Assembly (NCBI GenBank): GCA_038890745.1
Contig: JAWAFD010000001.1
Span: 1 to 64,000, forward strand
Length of the DNA: 64,000 bases
Direction of reading: 5' to 3'
Origin: Candidatus Anstonellales archaeon
Lineage (GTDB): Archaea > Micrarchaeota > Micrarchaeia > Anstonellales > J096
The position numbers and the translations under genes were made by a program. Of this stretch, positions 1-10,683 are shown piece by piece; the stretch's first letter is position 1, and every line of letters starts with the position of its first letter. Below the pieces are notes generated by a model. It did no database searches, was not told where the DNA came from, and worked only from the letters and a program-made list of their open reading frames with translations.

Positions 1-3000
1 TATTGTTGGAGGAGGATATCCAAAAACCATCATCTGAATTATTATTTGCCACATTATCAAAAATTAGCGTATCGTTTGCGCTGCTTGATAAAACAAATCC
101 ATAATACGTATTATTGTACGCTGCATTCCCAAATATTTTATTATACGGTGAAATGATATGAAAACCCCATAGAGAATTGTTATACGCTGTATTATTTGAT
201 ATATTATTGAAACTTGAATACACATAGAAGCCAGAGTTAGCGTTGCTATGGGCGGTGTTATTATACACGAAGTTGTTAGTGGAGTTCGTGAAAAGCCAAA
301 AGCCATTGTCGTTTTTATAAGCAGTGTTATTAAATACGCTATTGCCATGAGAGTTCTCTGCAATGCGGAATCCGCCATTCGGGTTATTATACGCAATGTT
401 ATTATAAATAGTATTATTTTCTGACTCTGAAAGATAAAAGCCAACCCAAGAGTTATTGTACGCCGTGCTATTCGCAATAATGCTTTTTGAACTTAAACGA
501 AGGTGAATACCATCTTGTGTGTTATTATGTGCAGTTAGATTCAGAATAACAGTTTCATTCGAAGCGTAGACATAAACACCGTACGTGTAGTTCGATATGC
601 TCGGGCAATTTTTAATAGTTACGTTAAGTAGGGAGCCGTTTAGTAGAACGCCGTACGTATCCCCAGAAGTTCCATTATTAGTTATGTTATAGCCATTGCA
701 GTCGTAGAGCACGTTTGAGGCCGCTATCTTTACACAAGCAACTCCAGAAAGCGGAGACGCGTTATTAGGCGCGCCAACATAGTTCTGTGTTTGGATGTAT
801 GCCCCAGGAGAAGTTATTACCGGACAGTTCTCAGCTCCTTGGAGCATTCCATATATACTTGCAGGATTCATGTTTGAAAGAGAAAGACGATTGTTGGTTG
901 TATCGGGAGTGTTATTTAGCATCGTCCAACCAGAGGAATTGTATTTCCAGAGTTCGAACATGCTCTCATAATAACCAGTAAGTTCAGAATCTAACCATGT
1001 CCAACTAATGGAGTCTATGGAAACCTCTCCGCCTCCCGGGTAGATCTCTACAAATTTTTGAGCAAAACTAATTCGGTCGGTTGGCAAAGAGGTGGAGTTT
1101 TGAGTCCAATTTATTATGTATGCTTCTTCCTGTGTTGGGCTGCCAAATGAATCTATTATATCTAAAGAGGTATAGTTTTCAAAATTGCCTAAAGGATTGT
1201 CTACTGTTAGGTTTTTAATGTAGATATTGTAAATGTTAAAATCATCAGAACTTACTAGCATATCTTGTGTATTGTTATAAACATGATTGTCTGTTAAGTT
1301 GGTGTTATTTGATACATAAACTGTTATACCATAATAGCTTTCGTGTACAGTATTTTCCAGAACCGTAACATTATTGCTATTGTGTAAGAATATTCCATCT
1401 TCGCTGCAATTGCGAGCAGTGTTATTTTTAATTAAGACCAAAGTATTGCTAGATGAATAAATGCATTTTTGATTTGCGTCTTCTACTCTATTATTTGTGA
1501 CATTATTACCTAGTGAATAGGGATCTAACCGTATACCGGTTCTATCATTTGAATACACAAAATTTTCTGAGATTAGAGAATAGTTTGAATCAGAAATTAA
1601 GATACAATCTGATGCAAGCGAGCAGTTGTTTTGGGTTATGTTATTTAAATTACTTTTTACAAAGTTTACTCCAACTGTGTTATTTTTAACCATGTTTGCC
1701 TCTATTTTATTATTCGTTGAATATTCCAATTTTAAACCTGTATTTGTGTTATTTTCGAATGTATTGTTTCTTATTGTATTGTTGTGAGAATCGTTCAGAT
1801 AAAGCCCTATATTAGAGTTGGCAAAAATTTGATTTTCTATAATCGTATTGTTATAGGACGGGTCCATGAACATGCCATATTGCGATTTGAATAAGGTATT
1901 ATTTTTAAACAGCGAGTTATTCGTATTGAGTACATGAATGCTTGAGGAGAAATTTCCTATAATGCAATCTATTATAGAGAAATTGGTTGTATTTTGTACG
2001 AGTATTCCATATCCTGAGGAATTACCTTTTATTGAGAAACCAGAGCAGTTTATCTGGACGTTGCTTTCTTTTACAGTAAAACATGTCCCGTTTGAGTATA
2101 AATTAGATGTCATCGTGCACGATTCATTTATAATTTCTCCGCATCTGAATGTCTTCGTCACGCCAACACATCCTTGTGTCAAAATACTAACATTCCTTGT
2201 TTCTGTCCAGTTCTGGTTTTCTGCTAAATCTACGGCGGTTGCGTTGAAATAGTAGAGCCCATCCGCAAGATTTGTGAAATTCACAAAGAATGGTGAGGTT
2301 GAGGAATATGTTTCGTTCAAAAGTCCTCCTGTTGAGTTGTAGAGGAATATTCCTATGACATTAAGGTTTGTATCATTTGCGCTTACATTTACAAGTATAT
2401 AATTGCGGTAAACGGTTGTTCCGGAAGTTTCTGTTGGGGGCTCAAACCATATGGATGGTTTAGTGTTGTCTATCGTGAAGTTTCCGAACAGCGTGTAGCT
2501 GTTGCTCAAACCCTCAGGGGTTTCGTTTTCAAAAACAAGAATTTCCATGGAATATACCCCATCTTCGTAAAGAGTACTATCCCAATCGTACTGAGTAGAG
2601 GAGGAGTTTCCATAATTGGAGACTATTGTTGCATTGTAGGTAAGGTCTGGGTTAAGTAGAGTGATATTAAACTGTAAACTGTCATTGTTGTAGTCATAAA
2701 CATTGCTCCAAGTGATATGGTAGGTTCCGCTTACAAACTCTCCTGGGAATGGGGTAAGTAGGTACGGTTTTGAAGGGGGATAGTTATGATAAACTATTGT
2801 GAAGTTTGTTTTTTCTGTATTATTCATTCTTCCTAAATTATCCATTACAATTATTGTTACATTGTAAAGCCCGAGCAGGTCTGTATTCTCAAACATTCCA
2901 AAAGTAAAGTTGCTATCATTAACAACAAAGTTATCCCAGCTTACATTTATGCTGCCCCATCCTGGATACGTAGATTCTGCTTCCATTGTAACATAAACTG

Positions 3001-6000
3001 CACGCGCGAAATCAAGTTCTGTTGAATTCTCTTCCATCCACTCTCCACCAGTATTGTTCCATGTGTAGAATGTAAAGTTATTGCCGACACGTTTTATTCT
3101 CATCTTTCCATAAGTATCATCTGTCTCTCTGGTTGCAATATAATCTGAGACGGTTCCATCATCCACAAATACCTCATAATTTCTTCCCCAACCTGTCCAG
3201 TTTGAAAGAGATATGAAAGCAATTTTTGATGCTTCTGCTGATGTTGGAATCTCTGTTATCTGGAAGTTTAATGCGATGTCTGTTCCTTCATACCCTTCTA
3301 TATTGAAATCTACTTGAATGTCAAAATCTCCATCTATTGCTTTCTTTGAAATGAGAGAGCAAAGGGTATCGGCCTCTGGGGTTCCATCCCCGGAAATTCC
3401 TGTAAATGCTTTATCTGGAATTGTGGTATCAATATCAACGATGCAGTTCTGCGAAGGACCGATAGTTTCCTCATCTGTCCAGCTTATTCCTAATGAATCC
3501 ACGCTGAAATCATCGCTCTGCTGTCCTTTTTCAAGAGTTAGATTTTCCATCGTTCCGTTTGGGTACGTTATTTCTGCAATTGAATAGTTTATGCCATCAG
3601 GGTCGGTTGCATTTATGGAAATTGAAACAGGCATGGACTGTGGGTAATCTTCTCCATGAGGAGCATTTATTATTACAATTGGAACATCGTTGTTTATATA
3701 GAAGATTCCGGTCAGAGTGTAACTATTGCTGAGATGCTCGGCTGTTTCATTCTCAAAAACAACAATACGCAGAGAGTAGTAGCCATCTGCATGTGCAGTT
3801 GTGTCCCATTCATAGCTTGTTGTTGTTATGTTTCCATAGTTAGATACTAAGGTTGTGTTGTAGGAGTAATCTGAATTAAGAAGGGTTATGTTGAACCATA
3901 CGCTATCCCCTTCCTCATCATAAACCGTGCTCCATGTAATATTATAAACTCCGTATATTTTTGAGCCGATAGATGGAGTGAGAATGAATGGGGTTGAGGG
4001 CGGGTCGTTCACTTGAATTATTGTAAAGTTTGTTTTTTCTGAATTGTTAAGCGAGCCGATGTTATCGCGAACATAGAAAGTTACATTGTAAAGGCCAATG
4101 GTATGTGTATTGTTGAACAAGCCAAAAGTGTAATTGTTGCTCCATACGCTGAAATTATCCAAACTAACATTTATGCTACCCCATCCAGGAGAAACGGATT
4201 CTGCTTCAAATGTTACAAAAACCGCCCTGCTGAGATTAAATTCATTCTGGGAAACATTTTCTTCGGTCCAATCGTTCGCAGTGTTGTTCCATGTGTAGAA
4301 TGTAAAGTTATTGCCAACCCGTTTAATTCTCATCTTTCCATAAGTGTCGTTTGTTTCTCTAGATAGAATGTAATCTGAAAAAGTTCCATCGCTTGCATAT
4401 ATCTCATAAAGATGACCAAACCCAGTCCAGTTTGAAACCGCAATAAATATCATTTTTGTAGCGTTTGCAGAACCAGGCATCTCTGTAATCTGGAAGTTGA
4501 ATGCGGTATCTGGCTCTAATGAGCCAAGAATCTCAAATGAAATGTTTATGTCAAAATCTCCATCTATTGCTTTCTTTGAGATTACTGAGCATAGGGTATC
4601 AGTTTGCGGAGAGCCATCCCCGCTCAAAGAGATAAACAACTTATCTGGAATCGTTGCATCAATATCTGCGTTGCATGTCTGCCCGGGACCAATAGAAACA
4701 TTCTCAATAAACCAGTTTGTATCCATCGTATTTACGTTAAAATTATCGCTTTCCAAACCCGCCCCTAATGTAATGTTTTCCATAGTTCCATTAGGAAGAG
4801 TTACTTCTGCAATAGAAGAGTTTATTCCTTCAGGGTCGGTTGCGTTTATGGAAATAGAAACTAACGAGTGTTGGTCGTATTCTTCTCCAAGAGGGGCGAT
4901 TACGATAACTATTGGTGGGCTTCCATAACTAAGCGTTCTCGTTTCGCTAACATTCCAATTCCCAGAATAATCTGCCGCCCAAACCTTATATGTATATGTT
5001 CCTACTGCAAGGTCTGTCTTGTTTTTGTACCAGTTCGTGCTGTTCGTATAGTTCATGGATTCATTTGTTCCGTTCCATTCAAGAAGAGCCTGCGCAACTC
5101 CAATATTGTCTGTAATTGAAGTGTTTATCAGGGTGTAGTTAACAGTTATTGTGCTATCGTTAGCTGGCGTTGGGGGGGTGAAAACTATGGATGGCGGAAC
5201 TCTATCCTGCTTAAACGCAACACTATACGCCTCATAAGTAGAAACTGTTGTATCCGCTGTTATTGCAGCATCACCGTAGTTATATATTGTTGGTGCAGAG
5301 GAGTTTATGTAAAAAGAGCCAATATCAAAATTTGAATTTAATCTTATTCCAAGGTCTCTTACTGTTTTTGTTGCATCTGGCTGTCTGTAAAGGGTCAGCC
5401 AAGCACCGGTGCCTGCGAATGTAGAAACCGTCTGGGTTGCGCCAGCGCACTGTGGAGTGCATAAACGATAACTCAGTGTTGTTCCAGCACCATCAGTATC
5501 CCATACCAAATATCCCTGGCTTCCTTTATAATCCCATTCAAAATCAACGCATCTTGCAACTCCTGTGTCAAGCCCAGTATCAATAGCTATAGTCGTTGCC
5601 CAAACAGAGCCATTCCAGTAAGCCGTACCCAATCTGCTTCCGCTATCCACAAAAACTCCTTGTAAATCATCGCTCGCAGGGTCTGCCTTAAGGTTTGCCC
5701 AGAGAACATCTTGGTTACCTGACGTTATATCAAAAGTTATGGTTGCAGACCAAGCAGCACCATTCCAATACCTAGTATTTACATTTCCAACCGTTCCGTC
5801 TCCACCTATAGCCATGCCTTTACTCCCATCAGCAGCATACCTAACTGCAAGTGCTTCGTACCCTCCTGTTGCTGTTGCAGCCCCAGAAATTTCAATTTGG
5901 TTTCCCCACTTATTTCCATCCCATACCCATGCGTTTATGTGATTATTACTAGAATCAAAACCAACAACTATAAGTTCATCTTTTTGTGGGTTTCTATCCA

Positions 6001-9000
6001 TTCTTATCCATGTATACTGAATATCTGTTGCATGTCCTGTATCATCTATGTACTGTTCTGTTATTCCGGTAAAGTTTGTGGTGTTTGCAGGAAGAACCTT
6101 ATACGCAAGATCACGGTTAGTTGCAGCATCCACAATCCCATATACAACAATAGCATCCCCGCTTACTGTTTCAAACTCAACATCAAACCTTCTTGATGAA
6201 GTTGCTGGAGCGGTTGTCCAAACCCTGCCAATATCTGGGGTGTACTGCCAACTGAGGGGATTTGTGCAGTTCTCCATGCACACAAAGGCATCTAAATATC
6301 CATCATCGCTTTGGGTTATCAAAACTTTTTTGCTTGAAATCGGAGACCACTTTATGATTGCATAGCGAATTGGAGAGCCAACAGCCTGCAGCTCTATCTC
6401 ATTACTCCAGTTTCCATTTCCAGTAGAGTTCCAAAACCTAATCTTGGGAGAGTATACTCCATATACGCCTGTATTAGAACGGTAGGCTATTATTCCATCA
6501 AGCTCTGGTGGGGTGCTTGAAAGGGTATAGCCACTAAATCCATAAACTTCAACTTCAGAACTTTTAGCATCGCAAGAGATAACAGCTCCTAGATAGCTTG
6601 TGCCATTTGCAAGAACATCCTCCTTTGTAACTGGAAAACCTGGTTTTGTCAAAATTAATGGTGGGCAGGATGGAGAAGACAGGATCAGCCTTGATGTTGT
6701 ATTAAATTCTGGAACAGAGCCGTTTACAGCAACAAAATCAGGGTAGAGAAGAATACTTCTTAAACTATCCGCGCGGATTTCATTGGCAGAAGAAATTTTA
6801 AGGAAGTTAACCAAACCTACCGTTCTGTTATACCCAAATGTAAGATTAAGAAAATCGTTCGCACCTCCGCTGGCAGCTTGATAGAAATAAGCGCTTGTAT
6901 TTAGTATTGTTGTGTTCTCAATGCGCAGGTACCGACAATCATTTAATAACTGAAACTCATAGTAACTACCATTTGTTGAATTCATAAATACGTTGTTTGT
7001 AAGGTTTGTGTACCATGTGTAGTTTAGAGCAAGGCATAAAATCTGATTTGAGTGGAATGTATTACCAATGAAACTGGCATAATCAATTTCGTGTCCCCAC
7101 ATTCCATAAGTATTATTGTATATTGTGTTGTTCTCAAAAATTCCTCCAAGTCCATCCACAGAGTAAATTCCAAAACTATTGTTCCATAAAATATTGTTAT
7201 AAATTTTTGGGGAATTTGCTGTTGAATAGGTAGAAAAGAATGGGTAGATACCAACCTGGAATCCAGAAATGTTGCAGTTTCTTATGGTTACATTCTGGCC
7301 ATTGTTTATGAGGATTCCAAAATCCCCAGCCCCTCCGTCTCCATGTATCCAGTTTCCTTGGCAGTCAACAGTAACATTGCTTCCGGTAATTGTTAAGCAT
7401 GTAGAATCGTTTGTTATGTTTCTTGCAAGGTAGTAAACAGCATTCGAATTAGATATTGTTCCGCACTCCCTCATCGGCACTGCATTAATGCTAAGCGTGA
7501 GCATATCAACATACCACGTGCCCAAAAGAAATGTGGCCATCCTACATCTGTAGGTTTGGTTTGTTTTGTTTATCCGAGCAACATCTGAGACATTGCACGT
7601 ATATATACTATCTGTTGCTGGAGGAGTTAACCCTAAACCCTGGCATACAGTATACCATGTGCTATCTGTATAATTGAAGTAATCAAAGTATAGATCGAAT
7701 GTTAATCCTGCGCCAGTTCTTTTAATCTCGCAATCAACCTGAGCATAATCTATGGCATCGGATTGGCTCAGGCCAGTTGAGAATGTAGCATTGACCCAGT
7801 ATGTTGAGGTGCTGCTCTGCGCATACTGATCATCTGATGAGCTCACATTTGAAGTAACATCATAACCATTGCTATCATAAGCAATATCCGGCCCGCGCTC
7901 AACAAAAGCAGGGTCGTTTTCATCTATTCTTACAACATACTCCTTACCAAGAGTTAAAAACTGAACAAATTCCCACTCTCCATTGCATACCTCGTTTTCA
8001 AAATCCCAATCCTTGCATTTGAACAAACGGGTTCCATGCGCTTTTGCAAAAACAAGGGTTTCTTTTGCAGTTATTGGATTTACTGCAAAACCATTCTCAA
8101 TTTTTCTGAATCTTATTTCCCCATCAGTAATTATTCCTTCAACATGCTCATCCTCAAGCTTTATTTTTATCTTTTCTTTTATCTTCTCTGCTTTTTTTAC
8201 TTTTGTTTTTTCTATTTTCCAGTTCTTTGCTTCATCAAATTCTTTTTTGGCTTCTTCATCCCTCGCCAATACCGATCCTACCTCTACTGCTAGAGGAAAA
8301 GAATCAAAAAATGTTATTTTTTCATGTTCCTTATCGTTGATTTTTTCATTTTCCGGCTCAGTTGAAGCAAGGACTGAAACTGGCTGGACATTTTCAAGAA
8401 CAATTATTGTCTCGTTTGCGGTATAGTTAGCAGTTATATTTTGAGTAAGGTTTTGAAAGCTTGAGTTTATTATTATCCCTCTCTTTTCTCCCCATGTGCT
8501 ATTTCCATTCACATCTACTGCGAGGCAGTTCCAAGAATAATTGCCGGCCGGCATTTCAACATTCCAGGATGCAGATGCATTTTTTCCTGAAACCGTTGTT
8601 TTATTTATTACGAAGAACTGCTCGCTATCATTTATTATGTAAAGCGAAATGCTCTCTAATCCAACATCGCTTATCGCAGAGCAAACAAATTCTATAGAAC
8701 ATGGCGCACATGTATCGTTATAATAGTTATCTGGTGGGCGGTCAAGAACAACTAAAAACTGGGCCGGCTCCTCAACTTCCATGTATTCAAATTCTATGCC
8801 CAAGTCATACTGATCATCATCATAATTTATAATTTTAAACAGAACCTCATCCATATAAGCAAGGTTGAGATAGTCATCAACATCTATAAATTCAGAAGTA
8901 TTTGTTTGATTGCCCGTATCACCGGTTTCGTTGAAAAGCTCATCCACATTTACATAGTTATCCGGTTCTGCACCAGAATCGCTCATATTATTAAAATACT

Positions 9001-9214
9001 GGTCGACGCTTGTATATTCCTGTTCAGGAACATCAAAATATGAAAATGGAATCAACTGCTCAATAATCCCAGATGGTTCATAATCATCATAATTTATTAT
9101 TTCGCTAAGAACAGCATTAATTTCTGCAAATGGGTCCTCTGTATTTTCATGAATTAAAAATGCGAGTGGCACAAACAAAACTAGCGAAAGCAATGCAAAA
9201 ACCCAAACCCTCAT
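1..9214 (-). CDS. Giant secreted surface/adhesin-like protein (>3070 aa, 3' end outside window) with parallel beta-helix repeats, Ig-like and lectin-like domains
   Basis: ATG at 9214 gives MRVWVFALLSL... (signal peptide) after TATA-like TTTAAA. The same frame reads ...NSDDGFWISSSNN at the left edge. Its absence from the ORF track is consistent with no stop in the window. Asn/Thr/Ser-rich with many N-x-S/T sequons and NNT/GI-type beta-helix repeats. Confidence 0.85.
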   Translation of the reverse strand, partial: MRVWVFALLSLVLFVPLAFLIHENTEDPFAEINAVLSEIINYDDYEPSGIIEQLIPFSYFDVPEQEYTSVDQYFNNMSDSGAEPDNYVNVDELFNETGDTGNQTNTSEFIDVDDYLNLAYMDEVLFKIINYDDDQYDLGIEFEYMEVEEPAQFLVVLDRPPDNYYNDTCAPCSIEFVCSAISDVGLESISLYIINDSEQFFVINKTTVSGKNASASWNVEMPAGNYSWNCLAVDVNGNSTWGEKRGIIINSSFQNLTQNITANYTANETIIVLENVQPVSVLASTEPENEKINDKEHEKITFFDSFPLAVEVGSVLARDEEAKKEFDEAKNWKIEKTKVKKAEKIKEKIKIKLEDEHVEGIITDGEIRFRKIENGFAVNPITAKETLVFAKAHGTRLFKCKDWDFENEVCNGEWEFVQFLTLGKEYVVRIDENDPAFVERGPDIAYDSNGYDVTSNVSSSDDQYAQSSTSTYWVNATFSTGLSQSDAIDYAQVDCEIKRTGAGLTFDLYFDYFNYTDSTWYTVCQGLGLTPPATDSIYTCNVSDVARINKTNQTYRCRMATFLLGTWYVDMLTLSINAVPMRECGTISNSNAVYYLARNITNDSTCLTITGSNVTVDCQGNWIHGDGGAGDFGILINNGQNVTIRNCNISGFQVGIYPFFSTYSTANSPKIYNNILWNNSFGIYSVDGLGGIFENNTIYNNTYGMWGHEIDYASFIGNTFHSNQILCLALNYTWYTNLTNNVFMNSTNGSYYEFQLLNDCRYLRIENTTILNTSAYFYQAASGGANDFLNLTFGYNRTVGLVNFLKISSANEIRADSLRSILLYPDFVAVNGSVPEFNTTSRLILSSPSCPPLILTKPGFPVTKEDVLANGTSYLGAVISCDAKSSEVEVYGFSGYTLSSTPPELDGIIAYRSNTGVYGVYSPKIRFWNSTGNGNWSNEIELQAVGSPIRYAIIKWSPISSKKVLITQSDDGYLDAFVCMENCTNPLSWQYTPDIGRVWTTAPATSSRRFDVEFETVSGDAIVVYGIVDAATNRDLAYKVLPANTTNFTGITEQYIDDTGHATDIQYTWIRMDRNPQKDELIVVGFDSSNNHINAWVWDGNKWGNQIEISGAATATGGYEALAVRYAADGSKGMAIGGDGTVGNVNTRYWNGAAWSATITFDITSGNQDVLWANLKADPASDDLQGVFVDSGSRLGTAYWNGSVWATTIAIDTGLDTGVARCVDFEWDYKGSQGYLVWDTDGAGTTLSYRLCTPQCAGATQTVSTFAGTGAWLTLYRQPDATKTVRDLGIRLNSNFDIGSFYINSSAPTIYNYGDAAITADTTVSTYEAYSVAFKQDRVPPSIVFTPPTPANDSTITVNYTLINTSITDNIGVAQALLEWNGTNESMNYTNSTNWYKNKTDLAVGTYTYKVWAADYSGNWNVSETRTLSYGSPPIVIVIAPLGEEYDQHSLVSISINATDPEGINSSIAEVTLPNGTMENITLGAGLESDNFNVNTMDTNWFIENVSIGPGQTCNADIDATIPDKLFISLSGDGSPQTDTLCSVISKKAIDGDFDINISFEILGSLEPDTAFNFQITEMPGSANATKMIFIAVSNWTGFGHLYEIYASDGTFSDYILSRETNDTYGKMRIKRVGNNFTFYTWNNTANDWTEENVSQNEFNLSRAVFVTFEAESVSPGWGSINVSLDNFSVWSNNYTFGLFNNTHTIGLYNVTFYVRDNIGSLNNSEKTNFTIIQVNDPPSTPFILTPSIGSKIYGVYNITWSTVYDEEGDSVWFNITLLNSDYSYNTTLVSNYGNITTTSYEWDTTAHADGYYSLRIVVFENETAEHLSNSYTLTGIFYINNDVPIVIINAPHGEDYPQSMPVSISINATDPDGINYSIAEITYPNGTMENLTLEKGQQSDDFSVDSLGISWTDEETIGPSQNCIVDIDTTIPDKAFTGISGDGTPEADTLCSLISKKAIDGDFDIQVDFNIEGYEGTDIALNFQITEIPTSAEASKIAFISLSNWTGWGRNYEVFVDDGTVSDYIATRETDDTYGKMRIKRVGNNFTFYTWNNTGGEWMEENSTELDFARAVYVTMEAESTYPGWGSINVSWDNFVVNDSNFTFGMFENTDLLGLYNVTIIVMDNLGRMNNTEKTNFTIVYHNYPPSKPYLLTPFPGEFVSGTYHITWSNVYDYNNDSLQFNITLLNPDLTYNATIVSNYGNSSSTQYDWDSTLYEDGVYSMEILVFENETPEGLSNSYTLFGNFTIDNTKPSIWFEPPTETSGTTVYRNYILVNVSANDTNLNVIGIFLYNSTGGLLNETYSSTSPFFVNFTNLADGLYYFNATAVDLAENQNWTETRNVSILTQGCVGVTKTFRCGEIINESCTMTSNLYSNGTCFTVKESNVQINCSGFSIKGNSSGYGILVQNTTNFSIIDCIIGNFSSSIHVLNTNNSLFKNNTLFKSQYGMFMDPSYNNTIIENQIFANSNIGLYLNDSHNNTIRNNTFENNTNTGLKLEYSTNNKIEANMVKNNTVGVNFVKSNLNNITQNNCSLASDCILISDSNYSLISENFVYSNDRTGIRLDPYSLGNNVTNNRVEDANQKCIYSSSNTLVLIKNNTARNCSEDGIFLHNSNNVTVLENTVHESYYGITVYVSNNTNLTDNHVYNNTQDMLVSSDDFNIYNIYIKNLTVDNPLGNFENYTSLDIIDSFGSPTQEEAYIINWTQNSTSLPTDRISFAQKFVEIYPGGGEVSIDSISWTWLDSELTGYYESMFELWKYNSSGWTMLNNTPDTTNNRLSLSNMNPASIYGMLQGAENCPVITSPGAYIQTQNYVGAPNNASPLSGVACVKIAASNVLYDCNGYNITNNGTSGDTYGVLLNGSLLNVTIKNCPSISNYTYGVYVYASNETVILNLTAHNNTQDGIHLRLSSKSIIANSTAYNNSWVGFYLSESENNTIYNNIAYNNPNGGFRIAENSHGNSVFNNTAYKNDNGFWLFTNSTNNFVYNNTAHSNANSGFYVYSSFNNISNNTAYNNSLWGFHIISPYNKIFGNAAYNNTYYGFVLSSSANDTLIFDNVANNNSDDGFWISSSNN
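2455..4914 (-). repeat. Tandem ~1230-nt (~410 aa) internal duplication in the giant protein
   Basis: CATGTGTAGAATGTAAAGTTATTGCC occurs at ~3060 and ~4290; ATGTCAAAATCTCCATCTATTGCTTTCTTTGA occurs at ~3318 and ~4548. The offset is 1230 nt. Confidence 0.85.
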
Positions 9215-9270
9215 GCAACTGGATTTCAGAAAAGAGGTTTAAATACTTTTCTCATTCTTAATCTCAACTA

Positions 9271-9474
9271 GCCGGGGTGGCAGAGTGGCGATGCGGCCGG
9301 CTGCAGTCCGAACCCAGGGGGAGTTCCCCTAGGTTTGAGGTTCCTCCGTAACCCCCTTCGCTTTGGTGGGACGGCGGTTGGGCACCTAACCTGTGCCCTT
9401 ATGATTGCAGCTTTGCTCCAGGTTCCATTTTATTTGGAAACCGGCATAGAGGGGTTCGATTCCCTTCCCCGGCT
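9271..9474 (+). tRNA. tRNA-Cys(GCA) with ~133-nt intron at 37/38 (9307-9439)
   Basis: Acceptor GCCGGGG/CCCCGGC with U73; anticodon arm GCCGG-CT-GCA-G|A-CCGGC; T-arm AGGGG-TTCGATT-CCCTT. Confidence 0.85.
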
Positions 9475-9487
9475 TATCCAAACAGGG

Positions 9488-9605
9488 CGGAAGTAACTTC
9501 TGGGCGGAAGTTTTATTAGATTTAGGTTTTTAGAATACTAAACAATCTCTTAGAAAGGGTGATTAAAGGAATTGGCCGGAAGTAACTTCTGGGCGGAAGT
9601 TTTAT
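9488..9605. repeat. Two identical 29-bp palindromic repeats (9488-9516, 9577-9605) upstream of the ATPase
   Basis: CGGAAGTAACTTCTGGGCGGAAGTTTTAT occurs twice; the second copy runs into TATA-like TTTATATA (9601-9608). Confidence 0.9.
9526..9585 (+). pseudogene. 3'-terminal remnant of a paralogous AAA ATPase gene
   Basis: Translates VFRILNNLLERVIKGIGRK*, colinear with the C-terminus TYRISDPVLQTAIKKMGRK* of the ATPase at 9631-10683. Confidence 0.65.
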
Positions 9606-9630
9606 ATACCTTTCTTTTCCATATACATAC

Positions 9631-10683
9631 ATGCTCTTTGACCCAAAACCAAAAGACAGGGTAAGCGACCTTTTTAACTACAAAGAAGAGTTGAGGGCTC
9701 TCCTTTCTGGTATGGGGAGTAAAAAAATAATCATCATAAAAGGTGTAAGAAGAATCGGAAAAACCTCTCTTCTTAAAGTTGCGATGAATGAAACAAAGCT
9801 TCCATGTGTGTACATGGACGGAAGGTTTTATTCAAACAGAAAAGAGTTCATGAATGGATTAAAAGACGCCCTCCTTCAGCTTCATTCAAAAGCTTCCATA
9901 AGAGGAAAAATAGGGAAAATTCTTCCAAAAAAATTGGAGCTATATGGAATAAGGATAGGGTTGGCTTCCGAGGATCTAATAGAGCTCTCGAAGAAAGTAG
10001 ATAGAGAGATAGAAAAAGGGGTGTTGATAGTAGATGAAGCCCAGAAACTTAAAAGATTTGGTGGGGATGAAATCTTTGCGGCACTTTATGATGCCACGAA
10101 AAACATAAATTTTGTATTCTCTGGTTCAGAGATAGGGTTGATAGAAGAATTTATAGGTTCTTCTGCCGGTTCTTTATACGGAAGAGCCGTGGAAACAATA
10201 GAATTAAGGCGCCTTCAAAGAGAACAATCGCTTGAATTTTTGAGAAGAGGATTTTTGGAGAATAAAAAGGAGTGGAAAGAAGAGGAGATTGAAGAAGCAG
10301 TAGATGAATTAGACGGAATAATAGGATGGTTGACGCTATATGGGTATTTCAGACTTTCGAATACACACAAAACTGCTCTAAAAAGAATAAATGAAGAAGC
10401 AATAAAAATAGCAAAAGATGAACTAGAAGCATTTCTTAGAAACAAGCAAGAAGCGGGAAAAAGATATCTTATGATCTTAAAAGCAATCGCTGAAGCACCG
10501 CGCTCTTGGAGCGATATAAGAATGGTTATTGAAATTGAAGAGAAAAAAAGGATAAGCGAAGGCAGGATATTTGAGTACCTAAAAAATCTTATGGCGTATA
10601 GTTTGGTAGAAAAACGGGAGGGAACGTATAGAATATCGGATCCTGTTTTACAAACGGCAATTAAAAAAATGGGCCGGAAGTAA
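9631..10683 (+). CDS. Archaeal AAA+ ATPase with C-terminal winged helix
   Basis: MLFDPKPK start, Walker A GVRRIGKTS, Walker B IVDEAQ, FSGS and LYGR motifs, C-terminal Y.I.DP. Confidence 0.85.
   Translation: MLFDPKPKDRVSDLFNYKEELRALLSGMGSKKIIIIKGVRRIGKTSLLKVAMNETKLPCVYMDGRFYSNRKEFMNGLKDALLQLHSKASIRGKIGKILPKKLELYGIRIGLASEDLIELSKKVDREIEKGVLIVDEAQKLKRFGGDEIFAALYDATKNINFVFSGSEIGLIEEFIGSSAGSLYGRAVETIELRRLQREQSLEFLRRGFLENKKEWKEEEIEEAVDELDGIIGWLTLYGYFRLSNTHKTALKRINEEAIKIAKDELEAFLRNKQEAGKRYLMILKAIAEAPRSWSDIRMVIEIEEKKRISEGRIFEYLKNLMAYSLVEKREGTYRISDPVLQTAIKKMGRK

Noticed and set aside
64..8697. Many short ORFs in the track
   Set aside because: They are antisense or out-of-frame shadows of the giant minus-strand gene.
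9488..9605. Mini-CRISPR from two 29-bp repeats
   Set aside because: The 60-bp spacer is an ATPase gene remnant, and the third copy lies at the gene end.
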